DNA of 64,000 nt from Chiloscyllium plagiosum (taxonomy: Eukaryota). Within the stretch, counting starts at the first letter, position 1, and every line of letters starts with the position of its first letter. The notes under the pieces were generated by a model. The model searched no databases. It was not told the origin of the DNA and saw only the letters and a program-made list of their open reading frames with translations. Location: assembly GCF_004010195.1 (NCBI RefSeq), contig NC_057719.1, positions 94,906,599-94,970,598 of the forward strand. The letters run 5' to 3'. The position numbers were made by a program, and so were the translations under genes. Shown one piece after another: positions 11,343 through 22,801 of the stretch.

Positions 11343-11662
11343 CTGGCTGATGAGGTAACGAAAGAAGCAGCTCTGAATTCACAGGAAGCGGTGGTTTATT
11401 CGCTAATACCTACTGTCCCAGGTCCTCGGGAAGTTCCTATCTCTGGCCACTGCCAATCCCAGAAACTAAAGATTTGTTTTTAAAGAAGTATATACTGGGC
11501 TTGTCCTCCTCTTTGTCTTTCCTCAGGAAACAGGGTTTATTGGCTCAGACTCCACCCCTTGAATTCGCTGTTCATCCGATTCGACGGGGAGATTGCGTCT
11601 TAGTAAAATCATGGACAGGGACTAAATTGCAGCCGGACTGGGAAGGGCCGTTATTTCTGTAA
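11343..11662 (+). pseudogene. pol: ERV pol remnants: RNase H tail and integrase C-terminus
   Basis: LADEVTKEAAL, then AQTPPLEFAVHPIRRGDCVLVKSWTGTKLQPDWEGP. RT and the integrase core are absent. Confidence 0.75.
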
Positions 11663-11706
11663 GATTGTGTATTAAGTTTTTTTTGTGCTCCAGCACAATT
11701 TTTTGA

Positions 11707-13555
11707 ATGCTGGGGATGCTTAGAGTTATGATGCTAGCTCTCTTAGTATTGGGATTTTGTCAAATATCATTTTCATATGTATTATTAATGGTTCCTGAGT
11801 CTGATAATCCACAAGTAATAGACACTGATGCATGCAGCTTAGTAAATTGTGGGATGTAGCTAATCAGAGACAGTACCGCAGCTCAGAGATCTATGGGGAT
11901 GGCCTCGGGGATGGTACTTGGTATAATGGTCTCGTCACAGTACACCGGGCCCCCTTCCGACCAGCTCGCGATTGTCCCGATAAAAAGTGTAACCCAATAT
12001 ACCTAACAATAAGGAAAACCACATGGCATGAAGCAATTCTGGGGGCAGCACCTATGAGATACAATTAGATGAAACATTTGGGATAGAAATGAAAACAAAC
12101 GGGAAGGATTTCTTGGGCTGTTGTTTTCGAATTAGTGTAGGACAGGGAAAACGGGTAGAATTACTGGATAATGAGATACAACCTTTCACCCCTCCCGATG
12201 GCCCTAAAGTAGTAAAAATTATAGAGGTAAAGGACTTGAAACAGACCATCGAAATAGATATGGGGATGCAAATGCCTGGGTTGAATGGGTAAAGTATACT
12301 GTAAAAAGTCTGAACAAGAGCAATTGCTATGCATGTGCCTCCGGTCGGCCAGGGGCCCAGGTGGTTCCCTTTCCGCTCGGGTGGAAGCGAGACAGGAAGG
12401 GCATGAAATGTATGATAGCCCTGTATCAGGATGAGACTGCATGGCATGATAGGAATTGTACCTCCCTATCTCTGATGTTCGCTCCCTTGGAGAAGAAAGA
12501 TTTAAAAGCACCCCCCTACGTTTTCAGCCGCAGTTGGAAATCACACGTCGTGTGTGCGTAGACGAGGTACAAATTGGTCTAGAGATTTGGGGGAGCTGAA
12601 ATTGTGTACAGAGATTAAGAATGTTACCGAAACGGACAAGGGAGGGAACTACTCAGCACTAAAGGTTCCCTGAGCGGATCTGTGGTGGTACTGTGGAGGC
12701 AAAATATTGCGACCCACGCTACCTCCGGATTGGAGAGGGATATGTGCAATTGTATAATTGGCAATTCCATTTACCTTGGCATTTGAGAAGGAAAAGATAG
12801 TAGGGAAAAAGGGAAGGGGTATGAGATTACTGTTAGACACTTCTTTCGATGACAGGATTGATCTAGACTCTAAAGGAGTCCCTGGGGGGGTACCTGATGA
12901 GTGCAAGGTTCGCAACCAGATAGCAGCAGGTTTTGAGTCAGCTCTCTTCTGGTGGGTAACAATTAATAAAAATGTAGATTGGATAAATTACATTTTCTAT
13001 AATCAACAGTGATTTATAAATTATACAAGAGATGCGATTAAAGGAATATCAGAACAGCTTGATGTGACAAGTAGGATGGGGTGGGAAAACAGAATGGCCC
13101 TTGATATAATTTTAGCAGAAAAAGGGTGTGTGAATGTGATGTTAGGAAGAAGCTGTGGTACCTTTATTCCTAATAACACTGCACCTGATGGTTCAATTAC
13201 TCGGGCCTTACGGGGATTGATGACCTTAGCAGAGGAACTGGCTGAGAATTCAGGAGTAGACACATCTCTCACAGGATGGCTTGAATCCTGGTTTGGAAAA
13301 TGGAAGGGGGTGGTGATTTCTATCCTTACTTCCCTGATAGTAGTAGTCGGGGTATTGGTGGCCATTGGCTGTTGTATCATACCCTGTATATGAGGGCTCA
13401 CCCAAAGACTGATTGAGACAACCTTAATGAAACAGATGCCCCTAAAAGGGAATCAGACAGAGGAACTGTATCGACAAGATAATGAGGGGATGAGTGAGGC
13501 CAAGATGGATGAAATCTCCAAAATGACGCTCGCGAATTTTGGGGGCGATGCTTAA
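11707..13555 (+). pseudogene. env: ERV env (gamma-type), disrupted
   Basis: Hydrophobic signal peptide MLGMLRVMMLALLVLGFC; CYAC (CxxC) at about 12325; GVPGGVPDECKVRNQIAAGFES; WINYIFYNQQ*FINYTRDA; ISD-like ENRMALDIILAEKG; TM anchor VVISILTSLIVVVGVLVAIG; stop at 13553-13555. Contains premature stops and frameshifts. Confidence 0.9.
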
Positions 13556-13587
13556 AAGAAAAATGCAGAAGGTAACAAATGGTAATT

Positions 13588-13603
13588 AAAGAAAAAGGGG
13601 AAA
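13588..13603 (+). promoter_or_regulatory. ERV polypurine tract
   Basis: AAAGAAAAAGGGGAAA immediately before the 3' LTR. Confidence 0.85.
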
Positions 13604-13604
13604 T

Positions 13605-14333
13605 TGTGGGATATAGGTAAAGTAGTGTTACTTCAGCAATATAATTACTTATGCAAGGTAAATGAACTCACATCAGTGTGTAATTGTTTCAACTAAGAGC
13701 TGAGTCAACAAGAATGCAAACTATGTGGAGGAAATACATAATTGTTTATGTATTAGCTAAAATTGTATGCAAGAATGAAACGTGACAGCAAAACAATGGT
13801 AGATGTTACAGACAAATAGATAAGGTGCTGTGAGGGTGTGGGTTAAGCCAGATATGCTTGCACAAGCAGTAGTTATAAGCATCTGTTTCCCACTTTTACA
13901 GAAACACAGGAACAAACCCCAATTAAAAGGTCATAAGGATCAGAATGGTTGGGGAAAGCACAGATGGAGGGAGTAGATAATGGTGAAGAAAGGATATACC
14001 TAACAATGGGCCATAGCGGATGTGGTCAAATGGCCTTGTGAGGCAAGAATAAACATTTTGTCACAGACAAGGCCGGATAAGGCAAGAGATAAACAGGAGT
14101 AATGGGCGCCGGTCTTAGAGAAGTGGAAGATGTAAACGGGGAGGAGCAATGGGATAAAAACAAGGAACCAAATTACATAAATATTGTGAATTAGTTGAAT
14201 TCAGTGTGTGTGTGTCCCTGCCTTGTGGACAGTGGACATCACACCCTCTTGCAAGAGTAAAATAAATGACACTACTGATTCAGATCTTGTCTCAGACTGA
14301 AATTATTGAAGTGAGTGAGCTTTGTTTCTCACA
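13605..14333 (+). repeat. ERV 3' LTR (729 bp)
   Basis: TGTGGG...CTCACA ends, TATA-like CATAAATA at about 14176, AATAAA at 14261-14266. Confidence 0.92.
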
Positions 14334-14338
14334 ACCTC

Positions 14339-15305
14339 CTACAAAATAATCATCTCTTTAAGAGCATGATAGGCTTGATCTTTTTCAGTGCTTTTATCCA
14401 CCTTTCAAAATTACTTTCTTTGATCATTTCAAACTCGGTGTACATTTGACCAGAGTCCCACCTTAGATCCTAAAACCTCTGTAGGCATTGGGTACTAGCT
14501 CATGTGCACTTTTTACCTCATCATACTCCCCAGATACCTCCCATGCTAGAGATGCAAGTACCTCACTAGTTCTACTTACCAACCTACTGAAACAACGATA
14601 CTCATATGGTCACCGGCCATGCAATTCATTTAGCCACTTTCTCAAATAAAATGAAAATGTTTTCTACCACCTTTTCATCAAACATTGGCAATGCTTGGAT
14701 ACATTTAAACAGACCCCCAACATGCCTTTGGCTTTGATGGGTTTACTCGTCATCACTGTCCTCATCACTAGTCCTACCTTTCAACTCTACTTCTGCCATT
14801 TTAAGTCAACTTTCAGCTTTCAGTTCCAACCTCTGATGTCCTAAAGCTCTCTCTTTCTTCCTTTCTTCTGCTGGGGCCATCATTTCCTTTTCTTTTTGTT
14901 CTGTCAGGCCTATTCCTTCCTTTTCTTTCTCCTCTGCTGGAGCTATTCTCTCTTTCTGCTTTTATTCTGATTTTAGTCATAATTCAAACTGTTTCATTTA
15001 CTTTTCATATTCAAGCTGCTTCATTTGCAATTGAATTTTAGCCATTTCTAAAGTTTCCAATGGAATTTCCAGCAATCATAAATGTTGAGCTATTCAGCAA
15101 TTCCTTCCTCTTTTACAAAGGACAAAGGCAACTCCAACCCCAACCCCAACTCCAACCCAACCCCAACCCCAACCTCAACCCCTACCCCAACCCCTACCCC
15201 AACCCCAACTCCAATTCCAAAAGCTTTGCCTTGTTCAGTTTCTGTAAAACTCCCAAAGTGATGTCTTGCACCACCAGGAAACTCTTAGTGACTGAATGTG
15301 CCGCT
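14339..15305 (-). pseudogene. Gmr1-like gag N-terminal/capsid remnant
   Basis: LPMFDEKVVENIFILFEKVAK..WP motif at about 14610-14700. Across the ERV insertion it reads ALKEMIIL*EVDNSFPVVVRPHVEEQRVKMAKLAAEMADD (SCAN-like capsid C-terminal domain). Confidence 0.7.
15129..15216. repeat. Degenerate (CCCCAA)n hexamer repeat inside Gmr1-like gag
   Basis: caactccaaccccaaccccaactccaacc...; reads (TTGGGG)n on the minus strand. Confidence 0.9.
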
Positions 15306-15444
15306 ATTACATAAAGCATATCATGTTTAAGCCAACCAAATTCAAGACCTGAAATAAAAAAAGACAACACTCACTGCCTTTGATCCAATAATCCTAAACC
15401 CAACCTGAATTTAGAGAGTTTGATCCTGACAAGAGCCTTCAGTT

Positions 15445-16533
15445 TGTTATGAACCAGGTCAAACACCCATAAAACTTGTCAAAGGGATAATCCAGACCCT
15501 AACTTCATTATTTTAAAGGCAAGCGTCAGGTGTGTATTCTGGATGCAATTTGATTGGTCAATCTATCGGGTTTGAAGCAAAACAGGCCTTATTCATAAAC
15601 TAAAATTAAAATATACCAATAAACGTATTGGAATAACCTAACTCGATAAGAAAACTGAACAAAATAATAGATTTTTAATGAGTAAAGCAACTGTTCCCAT
15701 ATAGCAAAGTCCCATAGCTCATGTTTGGCAAAGACAAATTCAGTAATCTCGATTGTCTCATGTGAAATTCCAACAACAGGAAGAGAACCCCAGCTTTTAT
15801 AAGGAATAAGAGTTTCCACATCCAGCTATAAGACCCCAGCAAATGCTACAGAAAGCTAAAACTAAAAATCCTAGTTCTGTGAAAACTTGCCACCCATTTA
15901 GGCTGGGTGAAACCACAGCACCTAGATGAAACACATGAAGACACGGGGAGAATGTGCAAACTCCACACAGACAGCCGCCTCAGGCTAGAATCAAACTCGG
16001 GTCCCTGATGCTGTAAGGCAGCGGTGCTGTGAGGTGAACAAAGTTAAAAATCACACAACGCCAGGTTATAGACCAACAGGTTTGTTTGGAAGCACTAGCT
16101 TTCGGAGTGCTGCTCCTTTATCAGGTGGTTGTAGAGTATAAGATCGCAGGACACAGAATATATAGCAAAAGTTTACATTGTGATGTAACTGAAATTATAT
16201 ATTGAAAAAGACCTGGATTGTTTGTTAAGTCTCTCATCTTTTAGAATGGGCATGTTGGTGTCAGTTCTTTCATATGTAAATCCCAGAACTTTCTTACAAT
16301 TACTGAGTAATTTTTAACTTTGTACACTGCAGTCTAACACTGGCACCTCCAACTTGTGCTGTGAAGTAGCAGTCTAGATCAGAGTGGTGCTGGAAAAGCA
16401 CAGCAGATCAGGCAGCATCCGAGAAGCAGGAAAATCGGCATTTCAGGCAAAAGTCCTTCATCAGGGGTGTGAAGCAGCAGTGCTATTTACTGAGACATCA
16501 TTACGCCCCAGTTATAGCCATAGTATTGTCACA
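15445..16533 (-). repeat. 5' LTR of the Gmr1-like element, interrupted by SINE and Penelope-derived inserts
   Basis: Starts tgttatg next to the PBS and ends tgtcaca before the TSD. Homologous to 4574-4990. Confidence 0.65.
15910..16510 (-). mobile_element. HE1/V-SINE fragment carrying nested family B (about 16033-16355) and family A (about 16374-16467) inserts
   Basis: ggagaatgtgcaaactccacacagac (V-domain, reverse strand). The tRNA head is split, with repeated gtgctgtga and gtgaag(t/c)agcagt at the junctions. Confidence 0.65.
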
Positions 16534-16538
16534 GTGTT

Positions 16539-18815
16539 GAAGAACACATTCTCAGTCAACATGTTCAACTAGAAAAGAGACAAAACTCAACCTCCTTTTG
16601 GCAAATAATTCAGGCAGGTGACTGAGGTATTATTGAGGGCGCACTTTGGGACCAGAGACCATAATTCTATTAGTTAAAGTATTAAAGTATTAAATTGGGA
16701 CAAGGTCAGTGTCGATGGTATTAGACAGGAACTTTCAAAAGTTGATTGGGAGATTGTTCGCAGACAAAGGGCCATCAGGCGAGTGGGAGGCTTTCAAAAA
16801 TGAGGCAACGAGAGTTCAGACATAGCATGTTCCTGTTAATGAGAAGGCAAGACTAACGGAAGTAGGGAACACTGGATGACTAGAGATATTAAGCCTCTGG
16901 TCAAGAAAATGAAAGATGCATATGTCAGTTATAGGCAGCTGGGATGAAGTGAATCACTCAAGGAGTGTAGGAGTACATTTAAGGAGGGCAAAAAGGGGGC
17001 ATGCGATAGTAATGGTAGATAAGACTCAGGAGAATCCAAAGTGATTTTACTTACAAGTGTATTATTAAGGGCAAAACAAAAGGGAGAGAATAAGGCCCTT
17101 TAAAGATCAAGAGATCATCTATGTCTGGAACCACAGGAGATGAGTGAGCTCCTAAACCAATATTTCATGTCAGTATTCATCGTGGAGAAAGACATGGAAA
17201 CTTGGGAGCTCAGGAAAATAAATAGTGATGTCTTGAAAAGAGTCCACATTAGAGAAGAGGGGATGTTGGAGGTCTTAAAATGCATAAAGGTAGATAAATT
17301 CCTGAGACTTGATCAAGTGTATCCCAGAAAATAGTGGGAAGCTAGGGAAGAAATTACTGGGCCCCTAGCAGAGATATTTGTGTCATCAACAGCTGTGAGT
17401 GAGGTGCAAGAAGACTGGAGGGTGGCTAATGTTGTGCCTTTATTTAAGGAAAAGCTGGGAAACAACAGACTGGTGAGCCTAAATTCAGTGGTGGGTAAAT
17501 TATTGGAGGGGATTCTGACAGACAGAATTTGCATGTATTTGGAAAGGCAAGGACTGGTTCGGATAATCAGTATGGCTTTGTGCGTGGGAAATTGTATCTC
17601 ACAAACTTGATTGAGTTTTTTGAAGAGGTATTCAAGAAGATAGGTGAAGGCAGAGTGGTAGACATTATTTACATGGACTTTATCAAGGCCTTCAACAAGG
17701 TTCCCTATGACAGACTGGTTAATAAGGTCAGATCACATGGAATACAGGGAGAACTAGCCATTTGGATACATAACTGACTCGAAGGTAGGAGACAGAGGAT
17801 AGTGCTGGAGGGATGCTTTTTGGACTGGAGGCCTGTGACCAGTGGTGTGCCGCAAGGATTGGTGCTGGGTCCACTGTTGTTTATCATTTATATAAACGAT
17901 ATGAATGAGAAAATAGGAGGTATGGTCAGTAGGTTTGTGCATGACACCAAAATTGGAGGCATAGTGGATAGTGAAGAAGGTCCTCTCAGACTACAATGGG
18001 AACTTGATCAACTGGGCCCGTGGGTGAGGAATGGCAGAGGGAGTTTAATTTGGATAAATGTGAGGTGCTGCATTTTGGTAAGGCAAAACAGAGCAGGACC
18101 TAGACAGGGCCCTCAGGGTTGCTATCAAACAGAGAGACCTGGGAGTGCAGGTACATATTTCCTTGATAGTGGCATCACAGGTAGATAAGGTGATGAAGGT
18201 AGTGTTTGGCACGCTTGCTTTCATAAGTACAAGATTTGGAAAGTCATGTTAGAGCTGTACAAGACAGTGTAAGGCCACACAATTCCCATCGCTCTGCTAT
18301 TGCAAGGATGTTTTTAAACTGGAAAGGGTTTGATAGAACAATTGACAAGGATGTTACTGAGACTAGAGGGCTTGAACTATAAGGAGAGGCTGGATAGACT
18401 GAGATTTTTTTCCTTGGAGTGTTGGAGGCTGAGGGGTAACCTTACAGGGGTTTATAAAATCATGAGGGGCATAGATTAGGTGAATAGCTAATGTCTTTTC
18501 CCCATGTTAGGGGAGTCCAAAACTAAAGGGCATAAGTTTAAGGTGGGACGGAAAAGATTTAAAATGGTCCTGAGAGGCAACTTTTTCATACATAGGGTGG
18601 TGCAAATGTGGAAGCAGCTGCCAGAGGAAGTGGCAGAGGTGAGTACAATTACAACACCTAAAAAAAAATTAGACAGTTACACAAATAGGAAAGGTTTAGA
18701 GGGATATGGGTCAAATGCAGGCAAATGGGATTAGTTCCGTTTCGGAAACCTGGTGGGCATGGGCGAGTTGGACTGAACGTTCTGTTTCTGTGCTGGATGA
18801 CTTTATGACTCTAGT
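16539..18815 (+). mobile_element. CR1 LINE, 3' part (continuation of 3390-4573)
   Basis: Resumes EEHILSQHV..HFGTRDHNS (end of endonuclease), then DWRVANVVPLFK, YMDFIKAFNKVP and SGVPQGLVLGPLLF, ending in a (atgactct)-type tail. Confidence 0.85.
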
Positions 18816-19719
18816 ATTGGGCAATGAGGTAGAATTAATTAATAATGTCATGGAAAAGATCCATTGGGAAATAGGAATTGAAATATAATTGAATGCCTCA
18901 GTAAGTTTGAAAATACATGGTCCAATCACAAACAAGAATTAAAATGGAAACAAAGTCAATTATTGGAAGTCCCCGGGTTGCAAACAGATCCCATTCTGGA
19001 GAGCTGTCACAAGTCATTTTGTTGGTAAGTCAGAACACAATGCAGGACAATGTAAAGGAATTGCTCATAAGTACAGGAAAAATTCAAATGTCAGATTTTT
19101 TAAAAATTACACCGCTCCACGAGATTGCATTCCTTAGTACGGGATGCTCAAAACAGGGAACCCTCCTGTTTATAGGTATGAGGGGAACTTACTGAGGTTG
19201 ATGGGCAAATTGACCAAATGTTATTGCAGTAAATAAAAAAGAACAAATTCAGTAAACAATTCAAAACTTTCAACAAAAATACATTTCACTGAAAACGTAA
19301 TCTAAGTGAGGAAAATGCATCTGTAGCTTACTAAGGTTAAGAATAGTATTTGATTTAAAAGAAACATATAATGTTGTAAAGAATAGCATGAAGTCTGACT
19401 GTTTTAGAAATCAGCAAAGGGTCACCACAAAGGTGACAGAAAGAGAAAACAAAATAGTGAAAATAATGCTACCATGAATCTAAGAGCTTTTACAATAATA
19501 TAAAAAGAAAAAGAACAACTGAAGTGAACAGTGGGACTTTGGAATCAGAGACAGGAGAAATTCTCATGGAAAATGAACAAACTGCAAAGACATTGAACAA
19601 ATATCTTGTGTCTGTCTTCACACAAGTTACATTTCCATTAATGCAGTGTAACCTCAGAGCAAATCATAATGAGGATATACGGTAATTAATATCAACAGAA
19701 AGTAGTTGAAAAATACAAA

Positions 19720-19886
19720 CCTGGCTGCAAGGATGGTGTAGGAGGGAGGGCTTCAGGTATTTGGACAATTGGACTGCATTCTGGGGAAGGTGGGACCTGT
19801 ACAAGCAGGACGGGTTGCACCTGAACCAGAAGGGCACCAATATCCTGGGGGGTAGGTTTGCTAGCACTCTTCGGGGGGGTTTAAAC
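19720..19886 (+). mobile_element. Isolated CR1 ORF1 C-terminal fragment
   Basis: WLQGWCRREGFRYLDNWTAFWGRWDLYKQDGLHLNQKGTNILGGRFASTLRGGLN. Confidence 0.75.
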
Positions 19887-19894
19887 TGCTTTTT

Positions 19895-20165
19895 AAATTC
19901 ATTCATGGGATGTGGGTGTCGCTGGCTAGGCTAGTATTTATTGCCAATCCCTAGTTGCGCAGAAGGCAGTGAAGAATCAACCACATTGCTGTCAAATTGG
20001 AGTCACATGTAAGCCAGATTGGGTAAGGATGGCAGTTTCCTTCCCTAAAGAACATTAGTGAACCAGATAATTTTTCCAACAATGGTTTCATGGTCATCAT
20101 TTGATTCTTAATTCCAGACTTTTTTTGTTGAATTCAATTTCTGTCATAATTCCTGGGTCTCTTGA
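19895..20165 (-). mobile_element. tRNA-derived SINE (second family)
   Basis: Shares ggagtcacatgta..gtaaggatggcagtttccttcccta..cattagtgaacc with 22363-22720, 28693-29035, 35244-35475 and 44800-45005. Confidence 0.65.
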
Positions 20166-20289
20166 TCTCATACAACCTTTCTAGAAATTGAATGCATTGT
20201 CCTGCTTTCTCCCTAAATCCATAAATACTTTATTTAACTCCTTCGTGAAAATATAAATTCTTTTAGCTGCAATCGCTTTTTGTGACAGA

Positions 20290-21028
20290 ATTGGTGAGGA
20301 CACTTTTGGATATACTGTACAGTTCTGGTCGCTCTGCTATAAGAAGGACATTGTTAAATTGCAGAGAGTTCAGAAAAGATTTACCAGGTTGTTGTTGGGA
20401 CTGGTGGATTTGAGTTATAGGGAGAGGTTGGATAGGGTAGGACTTTTTTCATTGGAACATAGAGGGTTGAGGGGTGACCTTATAGAGATTTATAAAATCA
20501 TGAGGGGCATAGATAAGGTGAATAGCAAAGGTCTTTTCCCTTTGGTGGGGGGAGTTCAAAACAAGGGGGCATATTTTTAATGTGACAGGAGAAAGATTTG
20601 AAAGGAACATGAGGGTCAACTTTTTCACATAAAGGGTGGTCCCTATGTTAGATGAACTGCCAGGGGAATGATTGATGCAGATAGGGTTACAACATTTAAA
20701 GACATTTGAACAGTACATGAATAGGAAATGTTAGGAGAAAGTGAGGACTGCAGATGCTGGAGATCAGAGTCGAGAGTGTGGTGCTGGAAAAGCATAGCAG
20801 GTCAGGCAGCATCCGAGGAGCAGGAGAGTCGATGTTTCGGGCATAAGTCCTTCATTATGTCTGAAACACCAATTCTTCTGGTCTTTGGATGCTGCCTGAC
20901 CTGCTGTGCTTTTCCAGCACCACACTCTCGAATAAAAAGGTTGCCAAACGCAGGCAAGTTTAAACTTGGTTGGCATGGACAAGTTGGACCAAAGGGTCCG
21001 TTTCCATGCTGTATGACTCTATGATTCT
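20290..21028 (+). mobile_element. CR1 3' end with a nested palindromic family A insert (about 20732-20931)
   Basis: RVQKRFTRLL..LFSLE..LRGDLIEIYKIMRG with an atgactctatgattct tail. Insert has inverted arms tcgagagtgtggtgctggaaaagc / gcttttccagcaccacactctcga. Confidence 0.8.
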
Positions 21029-21029
21029 A

Positions 21030-21640
21030 ATTCAACAGGCTCACCACTCTCAGGGTGAAGAAAATTCTCTTCATCGCATCCAAAATGGTCTACCTAGTTT
21101 CCTTGGACTGTAATCTCTGGTGCTGGATTCCCTGGTTACTGGAAACATCCTTTCTGCCTTTACCCTAGTAAGTCATGTTAAAATTTTATAAGTTTCTATG
21201 AGATAACCTCTTCCCCCACAATTCTTCTAAGCTTCAGTGAATATAGTCCAACCGAGCCAGTCTGTCTTCATTTAAGTCAATCCTACCAACCCAGGCATCA
21301 GCCTGGTAAGACTTTTGTTGCACTCTTTCATAGCCACAAAATCCTTCCTGCGATAGGAGACCAAAACTGCATACAAGACCATATACAACTGCAGAAAGAC
21401 ATCCCTACTCCTGTACATGAATTTTCTTGCTATAATGGCCAACATACCATTTGCCTTCTTCACTGCCTGCTGCGCTGCCATGCTTTCAGTGACTAATGTA
21501 CAAGGATACCCAGGTGGTGTTGCAACTTCCCCTTTACTAATTAATTGCCATTCCAGTGATAATCTGCAGTCCTGCTTTTTCTCCCAAATTGGGTAACCTC
21601 ACATTTATTTACATAAAACTTTGTTGGGCATACATTTGCT
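21030..21640 (-). mobile_element. Old CR1-type LINE fragment
   Basis: AVKKANGMLAII..YRSRDVFLQLY and TRLMPGLVGL. Confidence 0.65.
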
Positions 21641-22013
21641 CTGCAAACCTCCTCCTCTATTTTTCTCATAAGCCTATTTACACAAATAGTGTAATCACAA
21701 CCTTTTTACTTCCCAAAGCCAACCAAATGGATTTTCTCCTTACTCCAGTAAAAAAAATTATTTCCCAACATTCAATTGTTCTCTAATCTGTTCTGCAAAC
21801 ACATTTTCCTATGTTTTCTTGGCTATCTTTTCTGAACATTTTCGGTATTCTAGAACTGAATTTTACTGGACACCATATTCTCCTGGCCAATATGTTAGTC
21901 AGGAGGCTGCTGACAAGGTGTTCTCAGCCCTGCAGTCATTTAGGCCTGAGGGTTAGCTCAGGCCAAGATATTCACACTCATCTGAGGAGGACGGTTCACT
22001 TTATAAAGCTGCC

Positions 22014-22049
22014 ATTCCTGAAGAAGGGCTCATGCCCGAAACGTCGATT
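22014..22049 (+). ncRNA. Minimal hammerhead-like motif in a family A insert (22015-22104)
   Basis: AUUC-CUGAAGA-A-GGGC-UCAU-GCCC-GAAACGUC-GAUU. Insert flanked by AGCTGCCA (22007-22014, 22105-22112). Confidence 0.6.
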
Positions 22050-22362
22050 CTCCTGCTCCTTGGATGCTGCCTGACCTGCTGCGCTTTTCCAGCAACACAT
22101 TTTCAGCTGCCAACCAATCAAATTGACTGGTAACTCTGTAGTCCCAGAAACACCAGTTTTAAACAGTGGTCACTGACTGGTAGACCCCATTGAGGGATGT
22201 GACAGTGCAGTGCCAGATATGAGACGCCAGTGAGCAAGTTCAATGGGGCATGATCTTGAGTCAGGCACAGGGGATTTTCAAAAGAATTTCACCATTAATT
22301 TGCCTTACAACAGCTTACTTAATTTTTATTTAGAAAACAAATGGGCTGCCTAATTCATTTTG

Positions 22363-22720
22363 TTCAGTCATGGGATGTGGGTATCACTGCCTTAGGCCAA
22401 CATTTATTTCCCATGCCTAATTGCCCTTGAGTGGCTTGCTTGACTATTTCAGAAGACAGTTAAAAATCAACCATAATACTGTGGGTCTGGAGTTACCCAT
22501 AGACCAGACCAGGTAAGGACAGCAGATTTCTGTCACAAAAGGTGGATTTTTATGACAATCAACAGTGGTTACATGTTCGCCATTATGTTTACTTTTAATT
22601 CCAGATACAAATTTCAATATCTGGCATGGGGGGGGGGGATTTCAAACCCACATCCCCAGAGTATTTTTCAGGGCTCTAAATGACTAGCCCAATGGCATAA
22701 CTACTATGCCACCACCTTAC
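22363..22720 (-). mobile_element. tRNA-derived SINE (second family)
   Basis: Homologous to 28693-29035. Confidence 0.6.
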
Positions 22721-22801
22721 TTCCTCAGCTGCCCTCTCTTGCGAATAAAATGATGACAGGGTTGGAATGAAGCTCTGGCCATGTAAAGGCCTCAATATGC
22801 C

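Larger units (their letters stand above)
8441..14333 (+). mobile_element. Endogenous retrovirus (class I, HERV-I/IP-related), internally deleted provirus
   Basis: Two near-identical LTRs (TG..CA), 5-bp TSD ACCTC (8436-8440, 14334-14338), PBS-Pro, PPT, gag/pro/IN remnants and env. Confidence 0.92.
4574..16533 (-). mobile_element. Gmr1-like Ty3/gypsy LTR retrotransposon, old and disrupted, hosting several nested insertions
   Basis: Diverged LTR pair (4574-~4990 vs 15445-~15840) with TG..CA ends. Flanks GCATT (4569-4573) and GTGTT (16534-16538) are both CpG-decay products of GCGTT. Degenerate tRNA-Pro-like PBS at about 15423-15442. Minus-strand order is gag - CCHC - protease - integrase. Confidence 0.75.

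Noticed and set aside
11707..13555. Functional captured env (syncytin-like gene) at this locus
   Set aside because: Multiple stops and frameshifts, and degraded furin and CX6CC motifs.
15060..15314. QP/NP-repeat protein ORF or interstitial telomere
   Set aside because: It is the antisense translation of a hexamer repeat in gypsy gag. The unit is TTGGGG, not vertebrate TTAGGG.
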